NCBI RefSeq assembly: GCF_000981785.2
Contig: NZ_CP011304.1
Span: 2,700,001 to 2,732,000, forward strand
Origin: Microcystis aeruginosa NIES-2549
GTDB taxonomy: Bacteria; Cyanobacteriota; Cyanobacteriia; Cyanobacteriales; Microcystaceae
Length of the DNA: 32,000 nt
Direction of reading: 5' to 3'
Below, one piece after another: positions 16,428 to 24,227 of this stretch. Numbering within the stretch: the first letter of the stretch is position 1; every line of letters begins with the position of its first letter. The notes beneath the pieces were generated by a model. It was given only the letters and a program-made list of their open reading frames with translations. It did not search any database and was not told the origin of the DNA. The position numbers and the translations under genes were made by a program.

Positions 16428-16448
16428 GGGTGGGTTTTCAATCCACCC
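16428..16448. terminator. Possible bidirectional hairpin between convergent genes
   Basis: GGGTGG (16428-16433) pairs with CCACCC (16443-16448) across a 9-nt loop. The stem is short and there is no clear U-tract. Confidence 0.3.
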
Positions 16449-16461
16449 CTAGGGAATTAAC

Positions 16462-17931
16462 TTAAAAACATTGTCCAGTCCAACTACCGTGTAACCCGTA
16501 GGGAATATGATGTTTAAGATGGATAACCACTAGGGAATTAGTGATATCTTTAGCATCTAAGATTACCACATTCGATCGATGATTGGCTGCATCGTAAGTA
16601 ACTACCAATAACCAACCATCATCTTCAGCGATTCCATCGGGTTTAGGCACAAAAATTGGCTCACCTGCGAATCCCCGGGGAGCAAAAGAATGTAATTGTT
16701 TTTCTCCCGTTAATAGGTCCAGTTTTAAGATTGCTTGCAAAGGAGCATTACCAGTGGCATGATGAGCGGCAGCGATGTATAAATAACGGTAATCTCGACC
16801 AACTTTTGCCGGATTGATGCTGGGAAATTCACAACAATGCTCTAGAATACATTCTCTTGTAACCGTATTTTCTGATAAATTTAGTGTAAATCGCCACAGA
16901 TGTCCGGGTGCTAAACTATCAAAATTTACCGATTGAAAACTGCTATTTGAATCCAGTTGTGGTAAGGATTGATAACAAATAGAATCAATATAAATTTTCT
17001 CCCCTTGTTCAAAAGCATTGCTATGGTGGAAGACAAAACCCGATGGAGTTTCTAAAACTTTCACTTCTCTTTTGTTAGGATCCCGGGAGATAATAATAAT
17101 CTTAGTTAACTTGTCCGGTTGATTGATGACGCATTCTCCCGCACCTTTTAACCCAAAAAGAAAGGGAAAAGGATTATAACCAACCGGGTTTTGGAAAAAG
17201 ATAGCGTAGTGGGGAGTAATAACAAAATCGTGGATAAAACAGAAGCCCGGTACACTGTGGGTATGACGACGTAATAACTTACCCGTGGGACTAATTTCGT
17301 AGAGAGTAATTGAACTAGACAAACCCGTTTTGATGGCAAAATTTACCAGACAAGGTTGATGATTATCGAAAATACAAGCGGGATCGATGCGAGGATGAGC
17401 GGCAAAAGAATCGCCTTTTTCTAAGATACCATCGAGATAGTCTAAACCAATAGTATCAAGGGTTTTAGCATCGAGGCGATGGGGTTCGGCCGCTTCCCAA
17501 AGTGCCAGTAATTTATCACCCCAGTAGATAACATTAGTATTAGCAATATTTTTCAGACGCAAATCAAAAGCATTGCCGAAAATTCCCCCCGGTTTTTTCG
17601 TGCCGAAAACACCGCGATAAAGGGGTTTTCCCGCTTTCTGTTCCTGGAGATAACCCTCGGTTTTCACAAAACGATTACGATAATGTACGCGGCCATGGTT
17701 GAAGCTAATCGCGCTGATCATACCATCCCCATCAAAGGGATGAGCGATCGCAGTGCCAGCGATATCCAGTAAACCGGGGCCGTTTTTAAAGACTGTACCC
17801 TGTAAATCGGGGGGAATTTGCCCCTCAATGTCCTCTACCTCGTAATCGTACTCGTTAGGTTGGGATTGATAGCCTTTTTGCCAATCCTGACGATTATAGG
17901 ATTTTTCGCCAATTGTCGGAGTTAGTACCAT
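16462..17931 (-). CDS. Carotenoid cleavage oxygenase (apocarotenoid-15,15'-oxygenase-like)
   Basis: Family-typical segments: GPGLLDIAG..HPFDGDGMI, VHYRNRFV, FAAHP, FIHDF, FHHSNAFE, GEPIFVP. The ATG at 17931 (MVLTPT) is preferred over the upstream TTG at 18006. Confidence 0.85.
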   Translation of the reverse strand: MVLTPTIGEKSYNRQDWQKGYQSQPNEYDYEVEDIEGQIPPDLQGTVFKNGPGLLDIAGTAIAHPFDGDGMISAISFNHGRVHYRNRFVKTEGYLQEQKAGKPLYRGVFGTKKPGGIFGNAFDLRLKNIANTNVIYWGDKLLALWEAAEPHRLDAKTLDTIGLDYLDGILEKGDSFAAHPRIDPACIFDNHQPCLVNFAIKTGLSSSITLYEISPTGKLLRRHTHSVPGFCFIHDFVITPHYAIFFQNPVGYNPFPFLFGLKGAGECVINQPDKLTKIIIISRDPNKREVKVLETPSGFVFHHSNAFEQGEKIYIDSICYQSLPQLDSNSSFQSVNFDSLAPGHLWRFTLNLSENTVTRECILEHCCEFPSINPAKVGRDYRYLYIAAAHHATGNAPLQAILKLDLLTGEKQLHSFAPRGFAGEPIFVPKPDGIAEDDGWLLVVTYDAANHRSNVVILDAKDITNSLVVIHLKHHIPYGLHGSWTGQCF

Positions 17932-18045
17932 AGTAGTTTTAGATTTATATTTACTTTTCTTAACATAACTTAAAACTACCAGAGCTAAAAAGAAGGGGGT
18001 GGCCAATCATTTTTTCAGCCTATTTACCCCCTCCTTGTCGTCTTG

Positions 18046-20217
18046 TTATTTAACAAACAACATTTCTTGATAGGTAGGTAGGGGCCAGAAATTGTCGGCC
18101 ACTTCTCCTTCCAGCGTGTCAGCATATTCGCGCACCTTATCCATCAAGGGACGGATTGTTTGAGCGGAATACTGCATATGTTCCTCGATCGAGTCAAAAT
18201 CGTCTTTAGCCATGGCCTCACTCAGTTTGCCAACGCTATCCATCAGTAATTTAATTAAATTCGAGACGGTTTGGGCCCTTTCCTTATCCATCTCGATGCC
18301 GATCGCCGCAGCATTAGCGATCGCCAAAGACAATTCCGACAAGTAGCGAACGGCAGCGGGATAAATAATCGTTTTAGCCATACTTACCACCAGTTCCGCC
18401 TCCACCTCGATGGCCAGCAAATACTGTTCCGCATAGACATCAAAACGACTTTCCAGTTCAACGGGGGTAAACACACCCATGCGGGCAAACAGTTCTTCGA
18501 TATAATCAGCTTTCAGCACGGGTAAAGCATCGGCAGTGGTGCGGAGATTAGCCAAACCGCGCTCTTCTACCGCCATTTTGTGCCATTCTGGGGAATATCC
18601 GTTACCTCCGAAGATCACATTTCTGTGTTTGTCCATGATCTCCTTGAGAACACCCTCGGCGGCAGTATTGAGGTCTTCCCCGGCTTTCATCCGGCTTTCT
18701 AGGTTATCCGCCACCCAAGTCAGGGAATCGGCTAGAATCGTGTTCATCGCCACCAGCGGCCCGGAAACTGACTGATTAGAACCCACAGCGCGGAATTCAA
18801 AGCGATTGCCCGTAAAAGCAAAAGGAGAGGTACGATTGCGATCGCCAGGATCCTTGGGGAATACCGGCAGGGTATCGACACCGAGATCCATCAACCCCGG
18901 AGCATCAGAACCCTCAATTCGGCCTTGGCTAATTTGGTCGAATACCTTTTCTAACTGGCTGCCCAAATATACCGAAATAATCGCGGGAGGAGCTTCATTT
19001 GCCCCCAAACGGTGATCATTGCTGGCGGTAGCCACCACTGCGCGTAAAAGCGGCCCGTACTTGTGAACACCACGAATCACCGCCCCACAGAATAACAAAA
19101 ACTGCATATTAGCGTGGGGAGTATCGCCCGGATCCAACAGATTGCCCTGGGTGGCGTTGCCGACGGACCAGTTAACGTGTTTTCCCGAACCGTTAATTCC
19201 TGCAAAGGGTTTTTCATGCAGTAGGCAGACAAAACCGTGTTTTTTAGCCGTACTTTTCAGCAAAGTCATAATTAACTGCTGATGGTCACTGGCCACGTTA
19301 GCAGCCTCGAAAAAGGGCGCAATCTCGAACTGTCCGGGAGCGACTTCGTTATGGCGGGTTTTGGCCGGAATGCCGAGGCGATACATTCTTTCCTCCACTT
19401 CCTGCATAAACACCTGAACCCGTTCGGGAATCGCGCCAAAATAATGATCGTCGAACTGTTGACCCTTAGCGGCGGGTTTACCAAATAGGGTGCGACCGGT
19501 GAGCAATAAATCGGGGCGACTATGGGCAAAATGAGCATCTACGAGGAAATATTCCTGTTCAGCACCGCAGCTGGAGTTAACGGGGGCGACTTCCGTATGT
19601 CCTAAGAGCTTCAGCACCCTGGTGGCGGCTTTACTCATCGATGAAATCGAGCGTAAAAGCGGCGTTTTTTTGTCGAGGGCCTCTCCTGTCCAAGAGATGA
19701 AAACCGTGGGGATACACAGGGTGACACCATTATCCGTCTCCATGACGTAGGCGGGACTGGTGACATCCCAAGCGGTGTAACCCCGAGCTTCAAAGGTGGA
19801 GCGAAGTCCGCCGTTAGGAAAGGAAGACCCGTCCGGTTCTCCCTGTACTAAGACTTTGCCCGTAAATTCTGTGATCACCGAACCGTCGCTCTGCACGGAG
19901 ATAAAACCATCGTGTTTTTCGGCGGTGGCGTTGGTCATCGGATAGAAGACGTGAGCATAGTACAGCGCCCCTTTGGACGTAGCCCAATCCTTCATCGCTG
20001 CCGCTACCGTGCCGGCGATGGAAACGTCTAATTTTCCCCCGGTTAAAATCGTGTTTTTGACTGATTTGAATACGTCTTTGGGGAGACTGGCCTGCATTTT
20101 GCTCAGGGTAAAGACATCGGTTGCCCACAGAGCCTCTAAACGTTGAGGAATTTTGCTAGGTAGGGGTTTACGGTCTGTGACTTGAGAGATAGCTTGAACA
20201 CGGGTTCCATAACTCAT
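18046..20217 (-). CDS. glnN: Glutamine synthetase type III
   Basis: The 723-aa length is diagnostic for GSIII. RHNEVAPGQFEIAPFFE, HEKPFAGINGSGKHVNWS, NDHRLGANEAPPAIIS. Confidence 0.9.
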   Translation of the reverse strand: MSYGTRVQAISQVTDRKPLPSKIPQRLEALWATDVFTLSKMQASLPKDVFKSVKNTILTGGKLDVSIAGTVAAAMKDWATSKGALYYAHVFYPMTNATAEKHDGFISVQSDGSVITEFTGKVLVQGEPDGSSFPNGGLRSTFEARGYTAWDVTSPAYVMETDNGVTLCIPTVFISWTGEALDKKTPLLRSISSMSKAATRVLKLLGHTEVAPVNSSCGAEQEYFLVDAHFAHSRPDLLLTGRTLFGKPAAKGQQFDDHYFGAIPERVQVFMQEVEERMYRLGIPAKTRHNEVAPGQFEIAPFFEAANVASDHQQLIMTLLKSTAKKHGFVCLLHEKPFAGINGSGKHVNWSVGNATQGNLLDPGDTPHANMQFLLFCGAVIRGVHKYGPLLRAVVATASNDHRLGANEAPPAIISVYLGSQLEKVFDQISQGRIEGSDAPGLMDLGVDTLPVFPKDPGDRNRTSPFAFTGNRFEFRAVGSNQSVSGPLVAMNTILADSLTWVADNLESRMKAGEDLNTAAEGVLKEIMDKHRNVIFGGNGYSPEWHKMAVEERGLANLRTTADALPVLKADYIEELFARMGVFTPVELESRFDVYAEQYLLAIEVEAELVVSMAKTIIYPAAVRYLSELSLAIANAAAIGIEMDKERAQTVSNLIKLLMDSVGKLSEAMAKDDFDSIEEHMQYSAQTIRPLMDKVREYADTLEGEVADNFWPLPTYQEMLFVK

Positions 20218-20447
20218 AAGTATTTTTCCTATTGTGTTGTGTCGTGGATAAGGGGTTACTTTAACTTAGGCGATGACAAGTTTCCTACTGATTTTGATGT
20301 TGAATTCTGGTCAGAGGCTATTCTCCGCTTAATAATTTTGATCCCACGGCACAAGCTTCTCTGCGGTTTTTATCTGCTTGCGCCGGCCTCTTTTCCGATC
20401 AATTAGCAACACCAGCCTTAATCTTAAGAACAGATGATCGAGAGATT

Positions 20448-20463
20448 TGTATCAAAGATTACA
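20448..20463 (-). promoter_or_regulatory. NtcA-type binding site TGTA-N8-TACA with a -10-like TAAGAT 22 nt downstream on the minus strand (glnN promoter)
   Basis: tGTAtcaaagatTACa is at 20448-20463. On the minus strand, 22 nt further on, lies TAAGAT (fits TAN3T). Confidence 0.6.
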
Positions 20464-20489
20464 AATATCCTAAACCCGATCTTCCACAA

Positions 20490-20620
20490 GCGATCGCTCC
20501 TCACTCCCCCTCAACCCAGAAGATTTGACGAAAAACAGAGATAAAACCCTATAAAATCGATGAAAATAGCGATATTTGACAAAATCGGGGGGGGTGATAA
20601 GCTTTTTCACATAATTTACC
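20490..20620 (+). repeat. ~130-bp repeat A (upstream region and false 5' extension of the PEP-CTERM gene)
   Basis: Aligns with 22231-22359 (gcgatcg.tc.tcactcc...ttgacgaaaaaca..gataaaaccctata.aatcg...gcgata.ttgacaaaatcggggggg...aatttacc). Confidence 0.85.
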
Positions 20621-20631
20621 CGAATAAACCG

Positions 20632-21528
20632 ATGGCTACTCAAAAAAGCTCATTCTTAAGCCGCTCCTGTTCCTTAAAGCCTTTCTCAGATTTTCTCGGG
20701 ACAACAATCGGCATGGCCACTGCTGTCACCCTCGGAACGGTAGTTAGCTTGCCCGCACAGGCAACTACTCTATTTAGCCAGACAAATATCGTCACCAACC
20801 CAGGTGCAGGATTCAACGGCTCAGATGTCAGTCAAGCCTCTGCTACTGTGGATAGAGCGGGGCAGACTGCAACCGGTAATTTACGCTTGGCACAAAGCTT
20901 TACCATTTCTGATGCAGGACTGTGGGCGATCGATACGGTATCGGTGATGGCTTACATGACATCAACCGGTTATGGGTTTCCCCCCACTTCACCTTTTACT
21001 GGCATCTCAGTTAATATTTGGGACAATGCCCCCGGTCTTGCCGGAAGTAATATTCTCGGTTCGTCCACAACTCTACTATCTACTAACTGGACTGGCGTTT
21101 ACCGCACTTTCAATGGCGTGTTAGACAATGCCCAACGCCCGGTGATGAACATTGCCGCCAATTTCAGTGGTTCTGGTCTTACTCTCGCGCCAGGCACTTA
21201 CTGGGCAGACTACCAACTAACGGGGCTGTCACCCACAGGAGGTACAACTGCTTTTACTCCTTTTCTAATGACAACTTCAGGGGGAAATCCCGTAACTCTA
21301 ACTGGAAATGCACGGCAGTTTAACACCTCGGCTGCCCCAGGTGATTGGATTACCATCAGCGAGGGTAATCCGGCTCAAGGGCTTTCTCTTCCCTTAACCG
21401 TAACAGGACAGAACGTTCAAGTACAGCAAGTTCCCGAACCTAGTACCGTTCTAGGATTGGGACTGTTAGGCTTGGGTGCATTGGTTAAACGCCAGTTAAA
21501 GCCAAAGCAAGGCAGTGATAAAGCTTAA
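20632..21528 (+). CDS. PEP-CTERM-anchored secreted protein
   Basis: C-terminal VPEPSTVLGLGLLGLGALVKRQLKPK (PEP motif, TM helix, basic tail). The N-terminal signal ends ...SLPAQA. The start is set at ATG 20632 because 20560-20620 belongs to repeat A. Confidence 0.8.
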   Translation: MATQKSSFLSRSCSLKPFSDFLGTTIGMATAVTLGTVVSLPAQATTLFSQTNIVTNPGAGFNGSDVSQASATVDRAGQTATGNLRLAQSFTISDAGLWAIDTVSVMAYMTSTGYGFPPTSPFTGISVNIWDNAPGLAGSNILGSSTTLLSTNWTGVYRTFNGVLDNAQRPVMNIAANFSGSGLTLAPGTYWADYQLTGLSPTGGTTAFTPFLMTTSGGNPVTLTGNARQFNTSAAPGDWITISEGNPAQGLSLPLTVTGQNVQVQQVPEPSTVLGLGLLGLGALVKRQLKPKQGSDKA

Positions 21529-21535
21529 TTGCCAT

Positions 21536-21568
21536 AGAAAACGGGTTTCTTTGAGAAACCCGTTTTCT
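21536..21568. repeat. 33-bp palindromic element H1 (C/G variant)
   Basis: agaaaacgggtttc tttga gaaacccgttttct, embedded in gccatagaaaa...ctggaata. Confidence 0.95.
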
Positions 21569-21584
21569 GGAATACATAAGCTGT

Positions 21585-21857
21585 TTAAGTATAGTGATAT
21601 CGTGCTGCTAAAAACTCAATGCGGTCATCTTTGACTCGATAGACTAGACGGTGTTCTGTGGTAATTCGGCGTGACCAAGTATTAGCTTCAAGATACTTTA
21701 TGGGTTCTGGTTTGCCTATCCCAGTAAAGGGATCGGCGGTGACAGATTCTACGAGATCGAGTAGGCGAAAGGCGATTTTTTTATCTGTTTTGTACCACCA
21801 TCTTAAATCTTCTCGAAATTGGTGATCAAAGACAATTGCCCTACTCTTGGCGTTCAA
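21585..21857 (-). CDS. yoeB: YoeB/Txe-family toxin
   Basis: FREDLRWWYKTDKKIAFRLLDLVESV..DPFTGIGKPEPIKY...WSRRITTEHRLVYRV...IEFLAARYHY. The start is a TTG that overlaps the yefM end, so it is uncertain. Confidence 0.85.
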   Translation of the reverse strand: MNAKSRAIVFDHQFREDLRWWYKTDKKIAFRLLDLVESVTADPFTGIGKPEPIKYLEANTWSRRITTEHRLVYRVKDDRIEFLAARYHYT

Positions 21858-22140
21858 TTCCTAACTCCTGACAAAGTTCTGTAACTGTCTGTCCCGGTAT
21901 TGTTTGAACGTCCCTCTCCATTGAACGTTCCAGTGCTGCCAATAACTTTCGAGCATTCGCAGGCGATCGCAAAAGATAAACGGTTTCTAATAAGCCAGTT
22001 AATTCCTCTGCGCTTAATAGTGCCATATCTTTATGACCAGGGCGAGTAATAATCGCCATACTATTCTCGCTTTCCAGTCGATCCAGAAGGCTCGCTAAAT
22101 TTTCTTGAGCTTGAGTGTAGGTAGTTTGGATAGAAAACAT
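21841..22140 (-). CDS. yefM: Phd/YefM-family antitoxin
   Basis: YTQAQENLASLLDRLESENSMAIITRPGHKDMALLSAEELTGLLETVYLLRSPANARKLL. Confidence 0.85.
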   Translation of the reverse strand: MFSIQTTYTQAQENLASLLDRLESENSMAIITRPGHKDMALLSAEELTGLLETVYLLRSPANARKLLAALERSMERDVQTIPGQTVTELCQELGIERQE

Positions 22141-22187
22141 AAGGCGAGGGCAACGAGTTGATTCGATTTTAGCTTATTTCATCAACT

Positions 22188-22224
22188 GAGAAAACGGGTT
22201 TTTTAAAGAAACCCGTTTTCTGGA
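22188..22224. repeat. Palindromic element H2 (C/G variant, altered loop)
   Basis: gagaaaacgggttttttaaagaaacccgttttctgga. Confidence 0.9.
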
Positions 22225-22230
22225 CTTAGG

Positions 22231-22359
22231 GCGATCGATCTTCACTCCTACCTCATCCCAGAATAATTGACGAAAAACATCGATAAAACCCTATATAATC
22301 GCTTAAAACAGCGATACTTGACAAAATCGGGGGGGATAGGCTTTTGGATAGAATTTACC
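22231..22359 (+). repeat. Repeat A' (second copy of repeat A, with no ORF behind it)
   Basis: See 20490-20620. It is followed after about 30 nt by palindrome H3 instead of a coding region. Confidence 0.85.
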
Positions 22360-22393
22360 AAAAGACAGGACTTGGTTCCCTAATCCGTGCCAT

Positions 22394-22426
22394 AGAAAAG
22401 GGGTTTCTTTGAGAAACCCCTTTTCT
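22394..22426. repeat. Palindromic element H3 (G/C variant)
   Basis: agaaaaggggtttc tttga gaaaccccttttct, with the same gccatag / ggaata flanks as H1. Confidence 0.95.
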
Positions 22427-22517
22427 GGAATAAGCCGCGATCGCTAGGAGTTGCTAACTCGCGCTAGACTGGATTCAAATAATTAACTTCCAATCAATTC
22501 AAAGCAAGGACAAACCC

Positions 22518-22730
22518 ATGAAATATCGCGTCTTAATTGAGCAAGATGAAGATGGCATTTATGTGGCTGAAGTTCCCTCCCTACCCGGCTGTATTTCTCA
22601 AGGCAATACCCGGGAAGAGTTACTCGCCAACATTCAGGAAGCAATTGCTTTATATCTAGAAAGCCTAGAAGCGCACAATGAACCGATTCCACCACCAATT
22701 TCTGAGGAACTGGTAGAGGTTAAATTATGA
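22518..22730 (+). CDS. hicB: HicB-family antitoxin (UPF0150-type, single domain)
   Basis: YRVLIEQDEDGIYVAEVPSLPGCISQGNTREELLANIQEAIALYLE. Confidence 0.85.
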   Translation: MKYRVLIEQDEDGIYVAEVPSLPGCISQGNTREELLANIQEAIALYLESLEAHNEPIPPPISEELVEVKL

Positions 22731-22951
22731 GTGAACTCCCTCCTATCGCTGGTCGCCAAGTCGTTAAAGCACTAGGCAAGATTGGCTACGAATTAGATCG
22801 GCAGCGAGGAAGTCATATCATACTCAGACAAAAAGCCTATCCCTATCGACGCATCACCATCCCTGACCATCGAGAAGTGGCTAAGGGAGCACTGAGATCT
22901 ATCATTCGTCAAGCGGGATTGACAGTGGCAGAGTTTAAAACTCTCCTTTAG
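22727..22951 (+). CDS. hicA: HicA-family mRNA interferase toxin
   Basis: ATGA overlap with hicB. VVKALGKIGYELDRQRGSHIILRQ...ITIPDH.EVAKGALRSIIRQAGLTVAEF. Confidence 0.85.
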   Translation: MSELPPIAGRQVVKALGKIGYELDRQRGSHIILRQKAYPYRRITIPDHREVAKGALRSIIRQAGLTVAEFKTLL

Positions 22952-23028
22952 CTTGAGTCACCAGAGTCGAAACAACCGCTCATAAATCGCCAATTCAAAA
23001 ATAGACTATTAAACAATGTAAACGCTAT

Positions 23029-23301
23029 ATGAGTCAATCTGCTACTGCAATCAATACTAAACTAATTGATTCCCTTGCTCAAATTATCCTTTCCTTAACT
23101 GACGAAGAACAACAGCTTCTGCTACAAAAAATTCAGCATCCAGCCTTATCTGATGTCGATTTTCATCAAGGTTTTCCCTTTGATGTTCAAATTCCTAATA
23201 CAGAAACGCTCGCCGCCATTGAAGAAGTAGAAAAACATCCTGAGCGTCTTAAGCGTTATACTAGCGTTGGGCAGATGTTCGAGGATTGGAACAGTGATTA
23301 A
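23029..23301 (+). CDS. Orphan antitoxin-like small protein (C-terminal IPNTETLAAIEE...ERLKRYTSVGQMFEDW resembles RelB/DinJ-type tails)
   Basis: 90-aa ORF in the TA island with no intact toxin ORF behind it. Confidence 0.45.
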   Translation: MSQSATAINTKLIDSLAQIILSLTDEEQQLLLQKIQHPALSDVDFHQGFPFDVQIPNTETLAAIEEVEKHPERLKRYTSVGQMFEDWNSD

Positions 23302-23540
23302 GACAACCCAAGTGCCGATTCCTGCCTTGATGCGTAGTGTCGAAGAAATTAAACTTGAATGGAGTTAAATATGGATTTTGTTCCTCAGCTTCCCCGGGAT
23401 TCTGATCAACTTAAGCAAACTTTGGCAAAAGCACACCGCAATTGTCAAGAGATGGAATTAGTTGGATTACAATGAGAAGAAGCGATTAGTCGCTTAGAAG
23501 CGGAAAATCGTCAAAGACGAAGACAGCAGTTAGAAAACCT

Positions 23541-23573
23541 AGAAAACGGGTTTCTTTGAGAAACCCGTTTTCT
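23541..23573. repeat. Palindromic element H4 (C/G variant)
   Basis: agaaaacgggtttctttgagaaacccgttttct. Confidence 0.95.
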
Positions 23574-23664
23574 GGAGAAACAGGGCAAAATTATCGCCAA
23601 GTTCAAAACAACTGATAATCACATCGACAATCTTCGAGACAATCACCGAGCTTTATTCCTGTCA

Positions 23665-23910
23665 ATGATGCTAACAAAATATCTAAAACAAGCAATGGAA
23701 CTGGCAACCTATGAAGTTCTAGAAGACGGTACTTTTTATGGAGAAATTCCGGGATTTGAGGGAGTATATGCTAATGAAACAACCCTCGAAGCTACTAAGG
23801 AACAGTTACAGGAAGTTTTGGAAGGCTGGGTTATTTTAGGACTACGCTTACAGCATCAGTTACCGATTGTTGACGGTATCAATCTAACCCCTCAACAAAA
23901 AATCGCCTGA
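23665..23910 (+). CDS. hicB: HicB-family antitoxin (second pair)
   Basis: YEVLEDGTFYGEIPGFEGVYANETTLEATKEQLQEVLEGWVILGL. Confidence 0.8.
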   Translation: MMLTKYLKQAMELATYEVLEDGTFYGEIPGFEGVYANETTLEATKEQLQEVLEGWVILGLRLQHQLPIVDGINLTPQQKIA

Positions 23911-24131
23911 TGCCACCTTTTGCCCCCATCAAAAGGAAAGAGTTAATTCGCCAGTTGAGAAAGCTGGGATTTTCTGGTCCTCTGGTAGGAGGAAATCATC
24001 AATATATGGTGCAGGGAAAATTAAAAATCTGGATTCCTAATCCACACCAAGGAGATATCAGTAAAAGCTTGCTGGCTAAAATTTTACAACAAGCAAATAT
24101 TAGTAGAGAAGAATGGGAAAAATTACGTTAA
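23910..24131 (+). CDS. hicA: HicA-family toxin (second pair)
   Basis: TGATG stop/start overlap. ELIRQLRKLGFSGPLVGGNHQYMV...IPNPHQGDISKSLLAKILQQANISREEW. Confidence 0.8.
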   Translation: MPPFAPIKRKELIRQLRKLGFSGPLVGGNHQYMVQGKLKIWIPNPHQGDISKSLLAKILQQANISREEWEKLR

Positions 24132-24188
24132 ACAATTCTGTCTTGGAAAAGTTAAAAACTGTTATCAATTAAGCAAGATGAATGCCAT

Positions 24189-24221
24189 AGAAAAGGGGTT
24201 TCTTTGAGAAACCCCTTTTCT
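24189..24221. repeat. Palindromic element H5 (G/C variant)
   Basis: agaaaaggggtttctttgagaaaccccttttct. It ends 7 nt before the stop of the convergent transporter gene. Confidence 0.95.
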
Positions 24222-24227
24222 GGACTG

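Noticed and set aside
17932-18006. TTG-initiated N-terminal extension of the carotenoid oxygenase, and likewise the GTG extension of crtE at 29473-29523
   Set aside because: Internal ATGs (17931; 29472) give proteins of the expected family length. The extensions start with non-ATG codons and add no family features. This remains uncertain without homologue alignment.
18271-20128. Six ORFs of 68-104 aa overlapping glnN (18271..18525, 18536..18775, 18806..19015 and 19282..19488 antisense; 19272..19538 and 19814..20128 on the same strand in other frames)
   Set aside because: They are fully embedded in a well-supported 723-aa GSIII gene. Their composition is low-complexity and Arg/Ser-rich, typical of off-frame translation.
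20182-20406. 74-aa plus-strand ORF upstream of glnN
   Set aside because: It lies in the predicted glnN leader/promoter region on the opposite strand and starts inside the glnN coding region. No motifs or coupling signals are visible.
20560-20631. N-terminal extension MKIAIFDKIGGGDKLFHIIYPNKP of the PEP-CTERM ORF
   Set aside because: These codons fall inside repeat A, which recurs at 22231-22359 with no ORF behind it. The signal-peptide-like sequence begins at the ATG at 20632.
21531-24224. Integron attC sites / chromosomal integron cassette array
   Set aside because: The palindromes are only 33 bp with fully paired arms. I could not find GTTRRRY-type R boxes or extrahelical-base asymmetry. 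Cassette orientations are mixed and no intI gene is in the window. The idea is kept only as an analogy in the findings.
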